Shown here: piece by piece, positions 61,100 through 64,000 of the stretch
Numbering within the stretch: the stretch's first letter is position 1
Layout: the number at the start of each line of letters is the position of its first letter
Assembly (NCBI RefSeq): GCF_009914755.1
Contig: NC_060942.1
Source: the human T2T-CHM13v2.0 reference genome, Homo sapiens
DNA: 64,000 bases
Reading direction: 5' to 3' (one strand)
The notes under the pieces: model-generated
Seen by the model: only the letters and a program-made list of their open reading frames with translations
Told to the model about the DNA's origin: nothing
Database searches by the model: none
Program-made: the position numbers and the translations under genes

Positions 61100-61490
61100 C
61101 ACATCTTCAGCCAGGACTTAGGCATCAGTCTGACTTCTGCTTATATCCATGCCTTTCTGTGTGACCTTGAACATATCACTTCATGCCTTTGAACCTCAAT
61201 TTTCTCAATTTTAAAATGAGGGATGGCATGGCATGAATAAAAAGCAAATGACTAGAGGAGAAGAGATCAAAGAGAAATAAATATGCTTTGTGAGGTGCTT
61301 CGAGAAGTGGTGATCAAGGTCTCCCCAGATCTTATGGTTGAGTTGGAGAGATGTCTAGAAAACTTCTCATCTATAAAGTGAGAGTCATCATCCCAGTTCC
61401 TTCACGGGGTTGGAGTTAGGACTCAACGAAATGATGCAGGAGAAGCATCTTGTACATTAACTGTTATTATTGTTATTACTATTGTTGCTG
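61100..61490 (+). mobile_element. Two MIR-family fragments
   Basis: TGTGTGACCTTGAAC...GAACCTCAATTTTCTCAATTTTAAAATGAGG (about 61160-61220) and CTCATCTATAAAGTGAG...TGTTATTATT (about 61365-61480). Confidence 0.6.
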
Positions 61491-61554
61491 CTGTTAGTCC
61501 CAACCCCATCAGGCGTAGTTGATATGTACCATGTCAGAGGCAGGACCAAAAACC

Positions 61555-61939
61555 AGAGTTTGCTTATGTAGGTCTGGATACAGCCTACAGATCCAGTCTA
61601 GATACAGCCTGGATCTGGGGACAACCTATAGATGTGCTTTTTCTGTAGTTTATACAGTGTCTTAAAGAAAATTTGAGTCAACATTTAACAGAGGGGGACA
61701 TAGTGTTAAAAATTGTAGATTTCTTGGAAAATTAAGATATATAATACAGTGACAATGGGCCTACACTCCATGTATTGAAAACTGGCTGGGTTCAGGAGGG
61801 GCTTCCTTGCGGAAGGAAGCTGTGGCCTCCTGTGTGCCCCAACCTGCATGCACCTTCACTGCAGACCTGCTCTATCCATGTATAGTAGCATATTCATGTA
61901 TCTGTTGGCTTCTGGAGTCTTCAGAATTTGCCATGTCTG
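61555..61939. mobile_element. MER102-like hAT-Charlie MITE
   Basis: AAAATTGTAGATTTCTTGGAAAATTAAG...CAATGGGCCTACAC...CTGGCTGG and end GAATTTGCCATGTCTG resemble MER102. Confidence 0.55.
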
Positions 61940-62009
61940 TAATGAATGCCTTTGGAGTTCAGGAGTAAAGTTATGCTTTCCGTCCTCAAAAAGAACAGCT
62001 ACCTGCTAA

Positions 62010-62334
62010 CAGTCAAGCCAGGCTAGGCTATGCTGCTGTAACAAGTGTTCTTAAAACAACAAAGTTAGTGTCTGTGTCTCTACTCCTCTTAATTACTCAG
62101 GGACCCAGACTGACAGAGGCTTCATCTTGACACACAAATCCATGGTCCCCTGGCAGGGGCAGGAGAAAGGAAGCATGGCACACCACACACTGGTTCTTGA
62201 AATGTCAGCCCAGAAGCAACACTCATTATGTCCCCTCTCATATTAGTGGCTGGTGCAAGCCATATGGCCAAGCCTGAGCTCATGGGATTTATAGCCCTCC
62301 TACAGGCAGGAGAACCACATAATGCAGACTACCA
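62010..62334 (-). mobile_element. Old MaLR LTR (MLT1I/J-like)
   Basis: AGGCTAGGCTATGCTGCTGTAACAA, ACTCAGGGACCCAGACTGACAGAGGC and GCAAGCCATATGGCCAAGCCTGA. Confidence 0.75.
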
Positions 62335-62702
62335 AAAAGCCATAATAACATAGCTCATTGTTCCACAGTTTTAAATTTACTACAGGCCACCAGTCCTTTT
62401 CTCTAAAATGTTCCTACTCCAGTCACTCCCTGAAAGTCAGGCATGAATAGTCAGTTGCCAGGATATTAGAGAGAGAGGAAGAAAACAGGAGCTTGAGGCA
62501 ATTAAAGACCAACGTGGCCTCATTCACAGTGGTGCTAAGAATTGGTCCTACCACCCACAACTCCAAGAGAGAGGCAAAAATGTGTGGTGATAAAGGACAA
62601 GCCTGGAGCCAGAAGTCCTGGCTACTGGTTCTGATGCTAACCTTGCTCTTGGCTGTGAGGTGTTGGACAAATCACTTTCCCACTCATGGAGTGCAAGGGC
62701 AT

Positions 62703-62912
62703 CAGTGGTTTTCAAACTGTGTTCACTGACAATCCCGGAGCCCCACCATAGGCAGGAGGTGAGGGAAGGAGAAAGGCCCAGGTGACAGGGAGGTGGTTGC
62801 CCAAGTTGTTTCAACCAGAACAGCCTTACTTTTCTGCATTTTGTGCATTGGGCTGCCAAAGGAGATTTGCTTTGGCAAAGGGTTCTATTGCTTGGACAAG
62901 TTTGGCCACCAT
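62703..62912. mobile_element. MER103C/MER117-like hAT MITE
   Basis: TIR CAGTGGTTTTCAAACTGTGTTC, internal TTCAACCAGAACAGCC...AAAGGGTTCTATTGC, and a degenerate right TIR. Confidence 0.7.
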
Positions 62913-62999
62913 TCTATCTGGTTGGTGCTCTCTTGGCTCCCATGTGGGAAAGTTTATGGGAAAGTCCTAACAGAGAAAGAGCTCCTACCATCTTGACCC

Positions 63000-63230
63000 C
63001 CAGGAAGGTGACCCAAAGGAAGTGAGAGAGATGTCAGAAGTTTAGAGTTTACAGAAGTAGCAGGGGAGACAGTTGGAGACACAGGCAGCAAACACAGGCC
63101 ACATGGTGGAGTTTGAACTGTATCTTGATCAGGAAGTCTTTGAAGTGTTTTAAACAAGGAGGCACAGTCAGATTTGGAACTAAGAAAGATCAAGCCTGAG
63201 GTATGGTCACATGGCCCAGGACACTCCTGA
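63000..63230 (-). mobile_element. L2 fragment
   Basis: GGAGTTTGAACTGTATCTTG...GTGTTTTAAACAAGGAGG...GTCAGATTTGG...AAGAAAGATCA is typical of reverse L2 body. Confidence 0.55.
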
Positions 63231-64000
63231 AACAGCGCCTCCAAAATGTATCTGGAACAAACTTTTCCCTAGCCTCTGCCTCCATCTTTCTCTCCATGCC
63301 TCTCCTTTGGGAGGTGATGAGGTGGATCGGGGTTCAGAGGAAAGTAGAATTGACAGGTAAACAATAGAGCCTGGATCCCCCTGCAGGCTCTCAGCTCTTT
63401 GAGGACACCCCTCCCCTCTTTCCCCTCAAGCTTCCTACAATGAGGACAAGGAGACCACCCCTTGGGGGCTCCCCTCCTGCTCCAATCAATTCTCCTCAAT
63501 TACCAACAAATCTAAATGTGATTTATCTGTGCAAGAATCATTCCAATATCACGCGAGAATCTATCAATAAAACCCCCAAGGCAATCTTGCTTAGAGTTGT
63601 CAATAGAAGCTCTAAAGCACAAAGGCATAGCAGCTAGCAATCAGGGTATTTTTGCCTCCCTCCCCCCTTTTTGGGGAGCACTTAATTAAGTCGACCAGAA
63701 GCTGTCAAAGATAATTTTCAAAGCACATGACCTCAGCAGCTGACATTTGATAATATTACATTCCACGTTGATTGAAATTGATTTTCCCCTCTTTTTGGGG
63801 GGGATGGAGAAAAGGGGGGAGGGTGAGGTCACAGAAGAGGGGAGGCTTAGATCTCTTTCGCTGTGGTACTCAGCCCAGACCAGCAACGTGTGGGGTCACC
63901 ACAGGCAGGCTGTTGGGCTCTCCTACCTTCAATGGAACCAGGGCTGGGCAGCTGTTTTCCAGCTGAGCCGCCATCCAGAGCCGGTGGGTGGAGCTCCACT

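Overview
Primate (most likely human) non-coding DNA, either intergenic or deep intronic. It is CpG-depleted and densely filled with interspersed repeats: 4 Alus, many MIR/L2 fossils, L1ME fragments, MaLR and ERV1 LTRs, and hAT/Tigger DNA transposons. I found no supportable protein-coding gene, tRNA, rRNA, CpG island or CRISPR array, and the supplied ORFs are repeat-derived or random. The best-resolved elements are a full-length THE1 (probably THE1C) provirus at 19541-21871, a degenerate ERVL gag-pro-pol remnant at about 6.6-8.8 kb, solo LTRs with exact target-site duplications (MER87/MER50-like, LTR9-like, MER41B) and several nested insertions. The leads most worth testing are: an MER41B LTR keeping both STAT1 GAS motifs; an asymmetric THE1 whose 3' LTR has a DUX4 site, an AP-1 site and a splice donor upstream of a candidate exon; repeat-free homeodomain/Pbx-Hox-Meis motif blocks resembling developmental enhancers; an inverted pair of related hAT-Charlie fossils; and a probable CR1-clade ORF2 fossil. 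I see no evidence of a genuinely new biological system. Repeat subfamily names come from recalled consensus sequences, and boundaries of old repeats are approximate.
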